Part shown: positions 19,029 through 29,712 of the stretch, piece by piece | Layout of the letters: every line of letters starts with the position of its first letter | Numbering within the stretch: the first letter of the stretch is position 1 | DNA from: Trichomonas gallinae | Lineage: Eukaryota | Length of the DNA: 37,014 nt | Direction of reading: 5' to 3' | NCBI GenBank assembly: GCA_008369845.1 | Contig: MRSU01002028.1 | Span: forward strand, 1-37,014 | Made by a program: the position numbers and the translations under genes | Notes under the pieces: generated by a model | What the model was told of the DNA's origin: nothing | Seen by the model: the letters and a program-made list of their open reading frames with translations, nothing else | The model's database searches: none

Positions 19029-19618
19029 TCTTTTTTCTTTCTTCTGATTTTTATTTGATTTTATATGTCTATGGCATTGATATTTAAATGAATACAAGTT
19101 TTTGAATGATTAAAAACCAAATGTTAATTCTAATCTTCTAATCTTCTAATTCAATATCCAAATACAACAATCATTACCTATATATTTTCATATATTTCAA
19201 AAATATATAATAATATTTTTATAAGTGTGCACTGTAGACACTACTTTTTTGTGTGTTTTTCTTATCTTCAAAAAAATGTTACCCCATTAATAATATTTTC
19301 CCATAGAGTATCGAATTGCTCGTTAAACATTCCTTGAATTCTGTTCATCGATTATATTCTTAAATTATTTTAGTTAAATTCGCTAATATTCGAAAAATAG
19401 AAGACTTCAAAGATCCCAGGTAAAAATCTTAGTAAACTAGACATCATTCTTATATACAAATTTCTATATGATAGAAGTATATTAGCGCTCAAACTTCGTC
19501 AGGAAGTTTAATGCAATAACATTTAGTTTAGGAAGTGAGAAGAAGTCATTAGATATGATTGAAATAAAATAATTTAGGGTCAAGCACTTTTTATCCCCCT
19601 GCAATTAATTTTTAAAAA

Positions 19619-20140
19619 ATGGTGGAGTTCTTTGCTGATAAGTATAACTTCAAGATGTGCTATTTCAAAAACATCGGCGATACAACAACAATCAATGAAT
19701 ACATCAAAACCAACCAGCCTCCAGTCGCTCTCATTGATGCTAGGACAATTATTTCATTAGCACATGTTCAAGTCACGATTTTAAACATGAAATCTATAGA
19801 AGAGAGAGGACAAATGCAATCTAAATCCCAATACCTTGAAATTCTCCGCTGTTTCTCACCAGATGGTCGTTTGAATGGAGTTTTGAAGTTCGTTGCGATC
19901 CAAAAGGACACAACAGACGTCATTGCAATCACCTTCGAAGACGAATTCCCAAGTATTCCAGGATTAACTGATCCAAAAACATTTAATGAATTTCTCGCCG
20001 ACAAAAAGACAGATTATGAGAAAATTAAGAAAGCATTCAAGTTAACAGATGCTATGCTTCAAGTTTATACACACGAAGAGCTTGTTATTACTGCATTATC
20101 AGTCTGTGCTTCTGGTTTATATCGTTTGAAGCAGATCTAA
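19619..20140 (+). CDS. CGI121: KEOPS/EKC complex subunit Cgi121/TPRKB
   Basis: 173 aa. VALIDARTIISLAHV, GQMQSKSQYLEILRCFSP and DYEKIKKAFKL match the Cgi121 pattern (aliDa..I.s..hl; m.t.s...Eil..lSp; d...Ikk.ykl). Confidence 0.8.
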   Translation: MVEFFADKYNFKMCYFKNIGDTTTINEYIKTNQPPVALIDARTIISLAHVQVTILNMKSIEERGQMQSKSQYLEILRCFSPDGRLNGVLKFVAIQKDTTDVIAITFEDEFPSIPGLTDPKTFNEFLADKKTDYEKIKKAFKLTDAMLQVYTHEELVITALSVCASGLYRLKQI

Positions 20141-20365
20141 TTCTCAAAAATTCTTCTCCAAATAAAAATTTGTTTATATTTCTAATTTAAAAAATATTTT
20201 ATAAAAATATAATTCCAAAATTAGATAATTATATGAGATTTGCTTTCTATTAGCTTTATATGTTTATATATTAAATGGAAAGTTTTTGAAAATGAATTAC
20301 AAAAATATTGACATGTAAAATCAATGTTTGACGTGTAAAGTGAAATGTAACAGTTTAAAATTTCA

Positions 20366-21784
20366 ATGTCATCAGTAGAAAAGAAGAGCGATCCACTGCT
20401 TGATGATATTGACACGTTGATCAGCAACAAAGTCCCAACAAATGATGCCGTTGATGTTAGTGAAGAAATTCAATATTTGGAAAGTTTGAAAGTCAAAAAG
20501 AATAAGAAACAACAGGAAAAACGCAAGCTTAAGCTCCGTTTAACTGAAGCCGAGGAGATGAATCGCAAATTACTTGAAATTTTAGACAAATACGGAATCG
20601 ATAGTACAGCTGACCACGCTAAGAAGCAAAAAGGGATTGTTTTCGACAGCATTGGTAATTTATCGACAACCACAACTAGCAGCGCAAGTGTACAAACATC
20701 AGAATCGAGTCCAATGAAATCAACAATCGAAAAATGTTCCGAAATACACATAATTGATACACTAGCGAAACAAATGGATGAAAATACTCAAACTTATGAA
20801 AGTTCAAAGTCACCAGCTCAATTTCAAAATTCTTATCATTTTACTGAAACGCAAACTCTTTTTTCACATGATACTAATGCACAACAAGGCGAAAATAGAC
20901 ATACCGAGCGATCAGATTTTACACAAATTCATTTATCATCGCAAAATAATATTTCAAAAGACATTTCTCACGAAAATACACACGAAGAAACACAAGAAAT
21001 CGCTGAAGAAGGATCAATGAAAGATATAAGTTATACAGAATCTCAAAATTTGAGTAATGAATCATTCAATACAATCCACAATAGAACTAAATATATTTCA
21101 GAACGCGCACAGCAAATTATTGATCAGCTAAATAATCAGATCAAGAAATCTTCATGTTGTCCTAAAAATAGATTAAATTCAAAATGTGTTTGCAATTCCA
21201 ACAAAACAAACTCATATTCAAATTATTCATACAGCTATAAATCATCCAATGATAACTCACAAAACTCACCTCAATCAACTAATCCAGAAAAAACGAAAAA
21301 TAAAGAAAATCAATTAAATGCAGTCAAAAATCAACGAGATGATAAAAACTTGATAAATAAAATTGTACCCATAAGAAATCGTCTCCAATTTTCGTTTAAT
21401 GATAAAAATGCAAAAATTTCGCTTAATTCGAAAGATGAAAGTCATAATTATGCTGTTAAATATGCAAATAAGGCTATTAATGAAGAATGCGATGAAGAAG
21501 TTTCAGAAATAGTTATTTCATCTGATTATTCTTCCGATTATGATGATGAAGAGGATGTAGAAATGCTGATGAGCAAAGCAGACCAGTACACAACATTGAA
21601 AAACAACCTGACAATTATTGATGGATGTTTGATCGGAACTACAGAAAGAGAGAATATTATGGAGTATCTCAAGAGAACGCAGGGCGACTATCTTTCTAGA
21701 CAGACAAAATTCGGCTGGTCAGATGCGTGCAGGATGATAGAAGTTGCAGCGAGACACATGATGCACTACAAGAAGCCAAAATAA
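20366..21784 (+). CDS. Hypothetical protein with an N-terminal coiled coil and Ser/Asn/Glu-rich low-complexity regions
   Basis: 472-codon ATG-initiated ORF in very AT-rich DNA; stop codon in a TAAA context; no recognisable domain. Confidence 0.75.
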   Translation: MSSVEKKSDPLLDDIDTLISNKVPTNDAVDVSEEIQYLESLKVKKNKKQQEKRKLKLRLTEAEEMNRKLLEILDKYGIDSTADHAKKQKGIVFDSIGNLSTTTTSSASVQTSESSPMKSTIEKCSEIHIIDTLAKQMDENTQTYESSKSPAQFQNSYHFTETQTLFSHDTNAQQGENRHTERSDFTQIHLSSQNNISKDISHENTHEETQEIAEEGSMKDISYTESQNLSNESFNTIHNRTKYISERAQQIIDQLNNQIKKSSCCPKNRLNSKCVCNSNKTNSYSNYSYSYKSSNDNSQNSPQSTNPEKTKNKENQLNAVKNQRDDKNLINKIVPIRNRLQFSFNDKNAKISLNSKDESHNYAVKYANKAINEECDEEVSEIVISSDYSSDYDDEEDVEMLMSKADQYTTLKNNLTIIDGCLIGTTERENIMEYLKRTQGDYLSRQTKFGWSDACRMIEVAARHMMHYKKPK

Positions 21785-22025
21785 AGATATTATTTGTTTT
21801 GTTTGTTAATTTAATTTTTCCAATTGTATCGAAATGCACCAATATTTACCATCCAAATCAATATTTAAAAATATTTGATAATTAATTTTATCGAAAATAT
21901 GTGTATTTTATTCATATATTTAAATCTTCAGATCCAATAAAACTATATATTGCTATTGGATTATTGATTAGATGAATATCCGAAATAATATATTTACTAA
22001 CATAATATTGCATGATAATATAGAT

Positions 22026-23294
22026 TCATTGCTGTAAAACTTTGTGTTCTCTTATTATACGAAGTGGCTCAATATCAAGAAGTTCATCTTCTGATAATGG
22101 CTCATTTTCGTCTAAATTATTTTCATTTACTTCGATTTCTTTGCGTATAATTGAATTTTCTAGTGCATATTGCAGAGGAATTCCATGCCCAATTGTTGAT
22201 TCATGGAATTTAACTCTTGGCGATTTTGAGTGCGGAGATTTGATTTCTGTTGGTTCTTTTGGCTGAAAAGTGTCTTTAATGTGATTTGAAAGCTTCATAT
22301 TTGGAACATCATCTGTGACTTTGATTGAATCTTCATCTTCATAATCTGTATAATAATATTCTTCTTCTTCAACGTGTTTAGTTGGCTGTATTGGTTCTTT
22401 ATTATGAGTATTATTTGTTTTATTCTGTTCTGACTTCCGATTGTCTGTTGATATCTTTTTTCTAATTTCATTTTCTCTGTCTGCGATTTGTAATTCTAAT
22501 CTTAAGCATCTGTCTTCATACTCCCTTCTCAATGCTCTCAAGTCTCTATTTTGAAGCATTCGTTGATGTTCAGCAGTTTTTAATTGAGATTTTTTCTGTG
22601 CTAAAATTTGCTCGTTTTGATGTGGAACTGTACTAATTATTGACATGTATGACTCTATATATTGACTCTCTGCTTTCATAAGTTCATTCAAAGTCAATTT
22701 CAAAACATTAATTTGCTTTTTATGCTCTTCAATCAATAAAGTTTCATGGGAGTCTAAAATTTCTTGCAGTTCCTTCTGTAATTTATCATTCTTTTCGGTC
22801 AATTCTTGTGTATCAGTATTAAGTTGTGAAAGCATGTTGTTTTGATATTCTATATCAAATTTTAGTCTCTGTACTGTTTTCTGGGAATATGCACGTCGTA
22901 AAACAGCAAGTTCTTCGATTAGAATTTCGTTTTCTTGATGTTTTTGTTTAAGTTGTGTTGAAATGTTGTTTTCGGGATTGGTGTCTGACAAATTTAGCGA
23001 CTCATTTGATGTATTTTGCATTAATTTTTCTTGTAGCTTGTTAAATTTATCTGAAAGAGGCTTAATTTCGGATTTCAACTGAGAAATTTCTTGTAGAAGC
23101 ATATTTTTCTGCTGAATGAGATATTCTGGCTGTTGAAACTCTTGTTCTGGTTCAAAAAACATAGGCTCAGAATTTTCTCGAGTTGTGTTTAGTTTTCTTT
23201 TGTTGTTATGCGCGGGAACGAACTTCTGCTTGACAGCAAGCGGACATTTCTGCAGCCCAACTCGAGGAGAAAGAATTTTAACAGCTTTATTCAT
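22026..23294 (-). CDS. Hypothetical coiled-coil protein
   Basis: 422-codon ATG-initiated ORF with heptad-like E/Q/K/L-rich segments over roughly residues 55-290 and an acidic patch EEEEYYYTDYEDED. Confidence 0.75.
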   Translation of the reverse strand: MNKAVKILSPRVGLQKCPLAVKQKFVPAHNNKRKLNTTRENSEPMFFEPEQEFQQPEYLIQQKNMLLQEISQLKSEIKPLSDKFNKLQEKLMQNTSNESLNLSDTNPENNISTQLKQKHQENEILIEELAVLRRAYSQKTVQRLKFDIEYQNNMLSQLNTDTQELTEKNDKLQKELQEILDSHETLLIEEHKKQINVLKLTLNELMKAESQYIESYMSIISTVPHQNEQILAQKKSQLKTAEHQRMLQNRDLRALRREYEDRCLRLELQIADRENEIRKKISTDNRKSEQNKTNNTHNKEPIQPTKHVEEEEYYYTDYEDEDSIKVTDDVPNMKLSNHIKDTFQPKEPTEIKSPHSKSPRVKFHESTIGHGIPLQYALENSIIRKEIEVNENNLDENEPLSEDELLDIEPLRIIREHKVLQQ

Positions 23295-23657
23295 ATCTAT
23301 ATTAACCTTATTGAGGAATTTCGTTAGAATTTTTTCGCTACATCTGTCAAATAAACAATTTTACATGTCAAATATAAGACTCATCAATATATTGATTATT
23401 GACACAGAAGAATATAGAGTTGAAGTGATATCCAATTAATACCCAAGATATGAGAATGCAATTTGTCTATATTATTTTATATTTTTTGAAATCATTGCCA
23501 AATCTATTATTAATTTGAAAATATGATATGAAGATGGATAATATGAGCATTGTGAAAAGTGGTAAATTAGTTAAGTATCAAACAAAATCTAACAGATGTT
23601 TATTGATTTGTTATGGCAATATCAAACAAAATAATAATGCTTATAACTAGTATATGA

Positions 23658-24617
23658 TTATGAACAATCAACATATACATACAATGCAGAGATATTTGCA
23701 AAATTAATAATATTACACAGCATTCTATGATAATTTTTAGAATATATATTTATTGGTGTTATTCTAGCAAATCCTTCTCCAAAATGGCCAACGTTCGTTG
23801 ATCCATCAGGTTCAAAAATATTTTGATCTCCGGCAATGGTTGTTGCGCTTGTTAAGTAATATGAAGGGTTCAAAAGACAATCAGGATAATAGGATGCCGT
23901 TTCGGATGTGTAAACGTATCCGCTCCCACCACATCCGCCATAATTGTTTTCAACAGTTCCTGAATCATATTTTGATTGAGAGCCATACTTTGCATTCGCT
24001 CCATACCAGCCCCCACCTGCCCCACCACCATTGATATAAGTGTGAGCACCATGCCCGAAGACCCCTCCTGTATACTTGCAATTATATAAAGTTTGCATGC
24101 CAGGAGATCCAAGAGATCTGATTGCACAACCGCCTGACAAACCGCCACCCACACCACCTACTTCTTTGTCTTGTCCACCACCACCACCGCCTCCTGCGAC
24201 AATTACTCTTGCATGTAAAGAATCTACACCTATCCTAATATCTGTTCCCCAACCTCCACCAGCTCCAGGATCTATAGATCTGTCAGAAAATGCCGATCCA
24301 CCACCATTGAAACCACCTTCCATTCTTGTTTTGTCTCTCGCGCTAGCTTGGCCTATTCCACCCACATATACAAATATAGGCTTGGATTCAGTCAAAGATA
24401 ATATTCCCACTGAATAACCACCATGTCCACCATAACCCATTTCATCATAATTAAAAATATCCTTTCCACCGCCTTGAGCACCCCAGCATTCTAACTTATA
24501 TGTCCCAGGTTTTAAAACAGCAGTTTGGACTTTTCCTGTATAATTGAAATCCAAGATATTTAGGCTTGAAACCCTTGGAAAATTTCGAAAAGTGACAGAT
24601 TGTGTTTTATTTTTATT
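23658..24617 (-). pseudogene. ALK/LTK-type glycine-rich domain protein lacking an N-terminal ATG (possible pseudogene, non-AUG start or assembly indel)
   Basis: Motifs DFNYTGKVQT..LKPGTYKLECWGAQGG, GGHGGYSVG.L.L, IFVYVGG.G, GGFNGGG, TDIRIG.DSLHARVIVAGGGGG, GGGAGGGWYG, GGSGYVYT, GH.GEGFARIT. The frame is open to 24617, but the first in-frame ATG (24440) lies after the conserved CWGAQGG motif. Confidence 0.6.
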
Positions 24618-25321
24618 TCAAAACCAAGACTTGGCATTGAAACCATAGCTACAAAAAAATCGTTTAGTCTTTAAATATTTCATTTATTTGTGCATTATAC
24701 TTTACAATAAGTAAAATTCAATAGGCTTTATATAGTTTTGAACAAAATACATAATTAAATGATCTCTATGAAAACACTATCTATGTATAGCTCAAAATAT
24801 GTTATATTTGTTGAAAAACATTCTTATTGTGGATGATTAAATGCATAATAGGATAATTGCTTATATAATTTGGTATATATACAAGTGGATAAAGCTATAT
24901 AGCAATGATTTGCGCAATTATATTAAAATTTTCAAAATAATTTTTCGATACCATCAAGAATATAACTATTTTAATGAAAAATGAGTAGATAATTAGGACT
25001 TATAGACAAAAACATAATAGTTATTTTAATGATAAAGCATTAAAATTTTCCGAAATAGCCTAAAATAATTATGGCCTTATTCTATACAAAAATCTCATAT
25101 TTCGAGACCATAAAAATTAAAATGCAAAAATCATACACGCACATCATTACCAATAGAAAGAAAATAAGATAAATTACAACGCATTCAATTTAATACGATG
25201 TAAAATTTATATATCTAATATGTTTTTTTAGACAATTGTATGGTTATTTTCATTTCTGAAATTTTCGAAATTGAATCGAAAATAATCGTTTGTTGTAAAA
25301 TTTTGAATTTTTTCAATAGCG

Positions 25322-25337
25322 TCACTTTTTCTTCACC
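25322..25337 (+). promoter_or_regulatory. Tandem initiator elements (TCACT, TCACC) of the TKL kinase gene
   Basis: GTCACTTTTTCTTCACCTTTTTCAATG: Inr-like motifs directly before the ATG at 25345. Confidence 0.6.
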
Positions 25338-25344
25338 TTTTTCA

Positions 25345-27807
25345 ATGTCTACGAAGGCATTGATACAGGAGGCCTCGCCGCGACTTAGGCAGTACCTCGT
25401 CTCTCTGGACGACTTCGAGATGGGGAGGAGCATTGGTGAAGGCGCTTTTGGTAAAGTTTATCTCGGAACTCACAAAGCAACGGGAATCGAATGCGCCATT
25501 AAAGAGCTTATTGCAGAAAAACTCGAAGACCGTGACAAAGTTGAATTCATCCGCGAAACGTCTGTCCTCGCAGAATGCAATGATATGTTCCTTTTGCCAT
25601 TTTTAGGTTGGACAGCAGAAAAACCTTACTCAATCATTACACAGTACGCGCCAAATGGATCATTATTCGATGCACTCAGGAAGAAAGGCAAATGCCCTGA
25701 GTTGACTGGAACAATGAAAACAATTATTATGATAGGTGTCGCAAAAGCAATGAACGCATTACATTCGAAGAAAATAATACACAGAGATCTTAAATCACTT
25801 AATGTTTTGCTCGACAGTCGCTGCTATCCGTGGGTTTGCGATTTTGGTCTTTCTTTATTCGAAAACGAAAACTCTCTCAAGACAAAAGATATAGGCACAC
25901 CTCACTGGATGGCTCCTGAACTGTTTGATACTGATAATTACACGAACAAAGTTGATGTTTACGCATATGGAATTTTGCTATGGGAAATTTTAACAGGATC
26001 CACTCCATACAAAGGAAAAAGCTCAATACAGATCGCCATCGCTGTTGTTCAGCATGGAGAACGTCCTCCGATTCCATTCGGAACTCCAAAACCTCTTGTG
26101 GCTTTAATCAGGTCCTGCTGGCACCAGGATCCCAACAAGCGCCCTTCTTTCGCGAAGATCATCTCTGTTTTGATGAAAAAACAAGTTTTCTTCCCTGGAA
26201 CAGATGAATCCGAACTCGATGAATTTTTCGCTGCAATGGCTGAAGACACTCAATTGAGGAATTCTGGGCAAATTATTGGCACCAGACCCCTCGGAAATCC
26301 ACTCTACATCGCTTCTTTGTGCCAAGATATCCAAGAATCTTCAGATGGCCGTCCTACAGCAAATCCAGCTGAACTGAGCAATCCCAACTACAAATACTAT
26401 GCCGAAAACCTCAGATTATGCTCGAAATTGTATACAACACCGGATAATATTCGAAGATTTTATGATATGCTTGTTCCAGCAATGTTAGGCGACAAATCTG
26501 AAGATAGTTCAGTCTCAAATGTCATTTTGAAGACAGTTTATCGATTAATCTTGAAGCAGGATTATCTTTTCAACGCGTTTTTCATGTCTAAGCTTTTTGG
26601 AGCTCTTCCGACACACAAGCACAACTGCACAAACAATGTATTCGATATATTGCATTTATATTTCCAAAGAAGACCAGATTTGATCGAAAATGATTTACTT
26701 TACTATATTTCGCCTTTAACAGAATTTGCACCACATAAAATGCTTAAATTACTCTCGTTTAACTTGTCAATGTTCGGTAAACTTCCCAACGGTTGGGATG
26801 TCAGCAATTTCTTATTATCAATTGCTCCAACAATGATAAGGAGCACAGCAGGTGACAAATACATCAAATATTTGATCTATTTATGCAATACACACCAACA
26901 ATTCCGTCAGCAATACATCATGGGTGTAGTTCAGATTTTAATTGCTTCAATTCAGCAGTTTAAGCCTGAAATATCGAATATTGCATACTCATATTTGATT
27001 ACTCTCAGGATTCCAAACGTTTCAATTGCTCCAGATGTAATATTAAAATCGTTATCAACACAAGGCTGCGAACAAGGCGCAATTCAGTATCTACTGCTCA
27101 CAGATACTACTAAATTCGCATTTACACATCAAATTGTTGATCAATTGATTAATTTATCAATGATGAACAAATCTGCGCTTGTAATCTTGTTTTCCATCGC
27201 AGAACGAAACGACAGTTTCAATTATTTCTTCCCCAACTACATGGCACAATGGTTAGTTGACGGAAAGCTGCCACTCGACAAATCAATGATTTTAATGGCG
27301 CTTTTAATGACACACGTCGAGTTCAGACCATATATAATCCACGTAAGGCAGCTCCCTGACTGGCTCGCGCTTCTCGCACAGACAGGAAACCTCGCCACGA
27401 TACAATACACATTCATGGCGATCGACAAACTCGGAATCCCGAAGCCGCTGATACCCAGGCTTAGCTCTGTTGGGTACTTCAGGTTCTACATCGACAGCGT
27501 TGTTAAGTTAAACGACCCAAAGCTGCTCCAGTCGACGATTTACTTGATCGACGCTGTTTCGAGAATTTCATATATTACAGACTTCAAGAAATTTGACGGG
27601 AAGCTGCTGGAAGTCGCTTTATCTGAGGACGCAAAGCTCTCAATTGGAGCCCTCTCTGCTATAACCATGAGATCGCTCAGACCTGAAGGCGCCACGGAAA
27701 TCAAAGAACTGGAGAAACTCAATGATATTATTTCGAAGTTCAACGAGAAAGATAACGCAAAGCCTTTCTTGGATCTCCTGAAAAAGAATTGTAGTCTCGC
27801 TACATAA
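25345..27807 (+). CDS. TKL-family protein kinase with a C-terminal helical (ARM/HEAT-like) region
   Basis: Likely start MSTKALIQ (25345). All catalytic motifs are present: IGEGAFGKV, CAIKEL, HRDLKSLN, DFG, GTPHWMAPE, DVYAYGILLWE, CWHQDPNKRPSF. Long Leu-rich helical C-terminus; stop codon in a TAAA context. Confidence 0.93.
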   Translation: MSTKALIQEASPRLRQYLVSLDDFEMGRSIGEGAFGKVYLGTHKATGIECAIKELIAEKLEDRDKVEFIRETSVLAECNDMFLLPFLGWTAEKPYSIITQYAPNGSLFDALRKKGKCPELTGTMKTIIMIGVAKAMNALHSKKIIHRDLKSLNVLLDSRCYPWVCDFGLSLFENENSLKTKDIGTPHWMAPELFDTDNYTNKVDVYAYGILLWEILTGSTPYKGKSSIQIAIAVVQHGERPPIPFGTPKPLVALIRSCWHQDPNKRPSFAKIISVLMKKQVFFPGTDESELDEFFAAMAEDTQLRNSGQIIGTRPLGNPLYIASLCQDIQESSDGRPTANPAELSNPNYKYYAENLRLCSKLYTTPDNIRRFYDMLVPAMLGDKSEDSSVSNVILKTVYRLILKQDYLFNAFFMSKLFGALPTHKHNCTNNVFDILHLYFQRRPDLIENDLLYYISPLTEFAPHKMLKLLSFNLSMFGKLPNGWDVSNFLLSIAPTMIRSTAGDKYIKYLIYLCNTHQQFRQQYIMGVVQILIASIQQFKPEISNIAYSYLITLRIPNVSIAPDVILKSLSTQGCEQGAIQYLLLTDTTKFAFTHQIVDQLINLSMMNKSALVILFSIAERNDSFNYFFPNYMAQWLVDGKLPLDKSMILMALLMTHVEFRPYIIHVRQLPDWLALLAQTGNLATIQYTFMAIDKLGIPKPLIPRLSSVGYFRFYIDSVVKLNDPKLLQSTIYLIDAVSRISYITDFKKFDGKLLEVALSEDAKLSIGALSAITMRSLRPEGATEIKELEKLNDIISKFNEKDNAKPFLDLLKKNCSLAT

Positions 27808-28277
27808 AAATACTCAGTGTTATTTATATAATTTTGATTAGTTTTTTTTTTATAAATTTGATTATCTAGATTTTTAAGTAATCATTCGTTCCGGTTTATG
27901 AATTATTCTATTAGTTTATGTGACATATTATAATACTTTAATAATGCAAACTAATTGTAGCTTCAGATGAGACTTGTGAAATTTAAATATAATATAAATT
28001 CTATGTCAACTATAGCTTTTTATTATTGGAATTGTAAAATAATTGGGATTGTTTCATTCCATGTCTATATTGATTTTGTAATTTAGAAATATTTTTTGTC
28101 ATGTAAATATGATTTTTGATTTGTAAAATATTCAATTATATGTGAAGTGATTAATTTCGAATATAGTGGGTGAAAATAAATTTGTCTTAATATTATGCAT
28201 CTAAAAGTGCAATAAAATTCGTGTTACATTGTAAAATTTTGTCACTTTTTGTGATCGCTAAAATTTTATATTTTTTT

Positions 28278-28844
28278 ATGCCTAAAGTTTTAGTTCTTGC
28301 TGCAACAGGATTCGAGCCAATGGAGCTCATCAACCCAGTCGACCTTCTTCGCCGTGCCGGTGCCGATGTTAAAGTTGCTGCTGTTGCAACACCTGGTTTA
28401 GAAGTTGATTCATCAAAAGGCATCAAATTCATCTTCGATGTTAAGTTTGACGAAGTTAAGAACGAAACATTTGACATGGTTGTCTCTCCAGGAGGCCAGC
28501 CAGGCACAAAGAACTTGGCCGCAAATGCAGATGTCGTCTCTTTCATCAAGCGCCACTTCGAGGCTGGCAAGTTAGTTGGTGCTATTTGTGCTGCACCAGG
28601 CCACGTTTTTGCTGCTGCTTGCGGAATCATGAAAGGAAAAACTGGCTGCGGCTATCCAGGTGATGATAAATTGATCGTCGAACACGGTGGTAAGATCGTT
28701 GAGGACCCAGTTACACGCGATGGAAACATTATTACGTCACGCGGCGCATGCACATCAATTCTTTTCGGTCTTGCTCTCATTGAGGCCTTGTTCTCAAAGG
28801 AGAAGCGTGAAGAAGTTGCTAAAGGTGCAATCTATAACCAGTAA
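28278..28844 (+). CDS. DJ-1/PfpI (YajL/ThiJ-like) family protein
   Basis: Start MPKVLVLAATGFEPMELINPVDLLRRAG, with an Inr TCACT at 28242. FDMVVSPGGQPGTKNL, nucleophile elbow GAICAAP (catalytic Cys), VTRDGNIITSRG. Stop codon in a TAAA context. Confidence 0.93.
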   Translation: MPKVLVLAATGFEPMELINPVDLLRRAGADVKVAAVATPGLEVDSSKGIKFIFDVKFDEVKNETFDMVVSPGGQPGTKNLAANADVVSFIKRHFEAGKLVGAICAAPGHVFAAACGIMKGKTGCGYPGDDKLIVEHGGKIVEDPVTRDGNIITSRGACTSILFGLALIEALFSKEKREEVAKGAIYNQ

Positions 28845-29712
28845 ATGGTCGGAATTTTCAAATCACATATATTGAAAATCAAATTACAAAGCTAATTAAA
28901 GATTTGAATAGGAAAAAACCAATTATAATGTGTATAATATCCATTGGTAAAGGAATGGAAAATATTCTATGATAAATTTTTTTTTTTCCAAATTTTTAAG
29001 ATACAATATGTAGGATGAGCTCTTATTAATTGTTATCAGAGATACTTAATTGTAATTTAAGATTGAATACAATATAAATATTGAATCATGAAGAAGTTAG
29101 TAGCTTGTACCGGCATCCATCATGCCTTGGACTACTTTGTAATTTGCGGAGAGTTTCGATGGTGATTATTAAAATCAAATTTGGTTAGAAATATGAATGA
29201 ATAGTTTTGATGAACAATGGTATTTTTTACAAAACTGGTATTGTAAAGTGTCAGAAATCATTTGATGCGTAAACGGTCAAAAATTTGATGGATTTGTCGT
29301 GTAAATCGATGTATTTAAGGTTATTTCGATGAAAATTATAATACACATTGTATATCATTTTTTAAATGAAAATATGATGTTTTATAAAAATGCCATTTTT
29401 CATTTTCCAAAAATTATCGTTTTATAAGGTTAATATTTGAAAAGAAAAAACGAATTTTCATATGTTATTGATACTATTATATTATTCATTGAACGGTACA
29501 AAATTTAAAATGAAAAATGTAATTAGAATAAAATAGTGTGTTTCCTGATATGCCCATCACGCCTATATTGCAGATATCATGTGCGATAATATGGTTTACA
29601 ATCGGGAAATGTAACAGAATTAAATTTTACTCTTCTAAAAATATATTAATGTACTTGATGTAAGCAGAAGAATATTACGATTTCATTTTTTAAAGCACAA
29701 AAAACTGACAAA

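Noticed and set aside
24076..24417. Proline-rich 113-aa plus-strand ORF
   Set aside because: Antisense mirror of the GGN-rich glycine codons.
29088..29165. GC-richer intergenic patch with a small GGCAT/ATGCC hairpin and a 25-codon ORF
   Set aside because: Stem of only about 5 bp, no tRNA or snoRNA hallmarks, and the ORF is too short to support.
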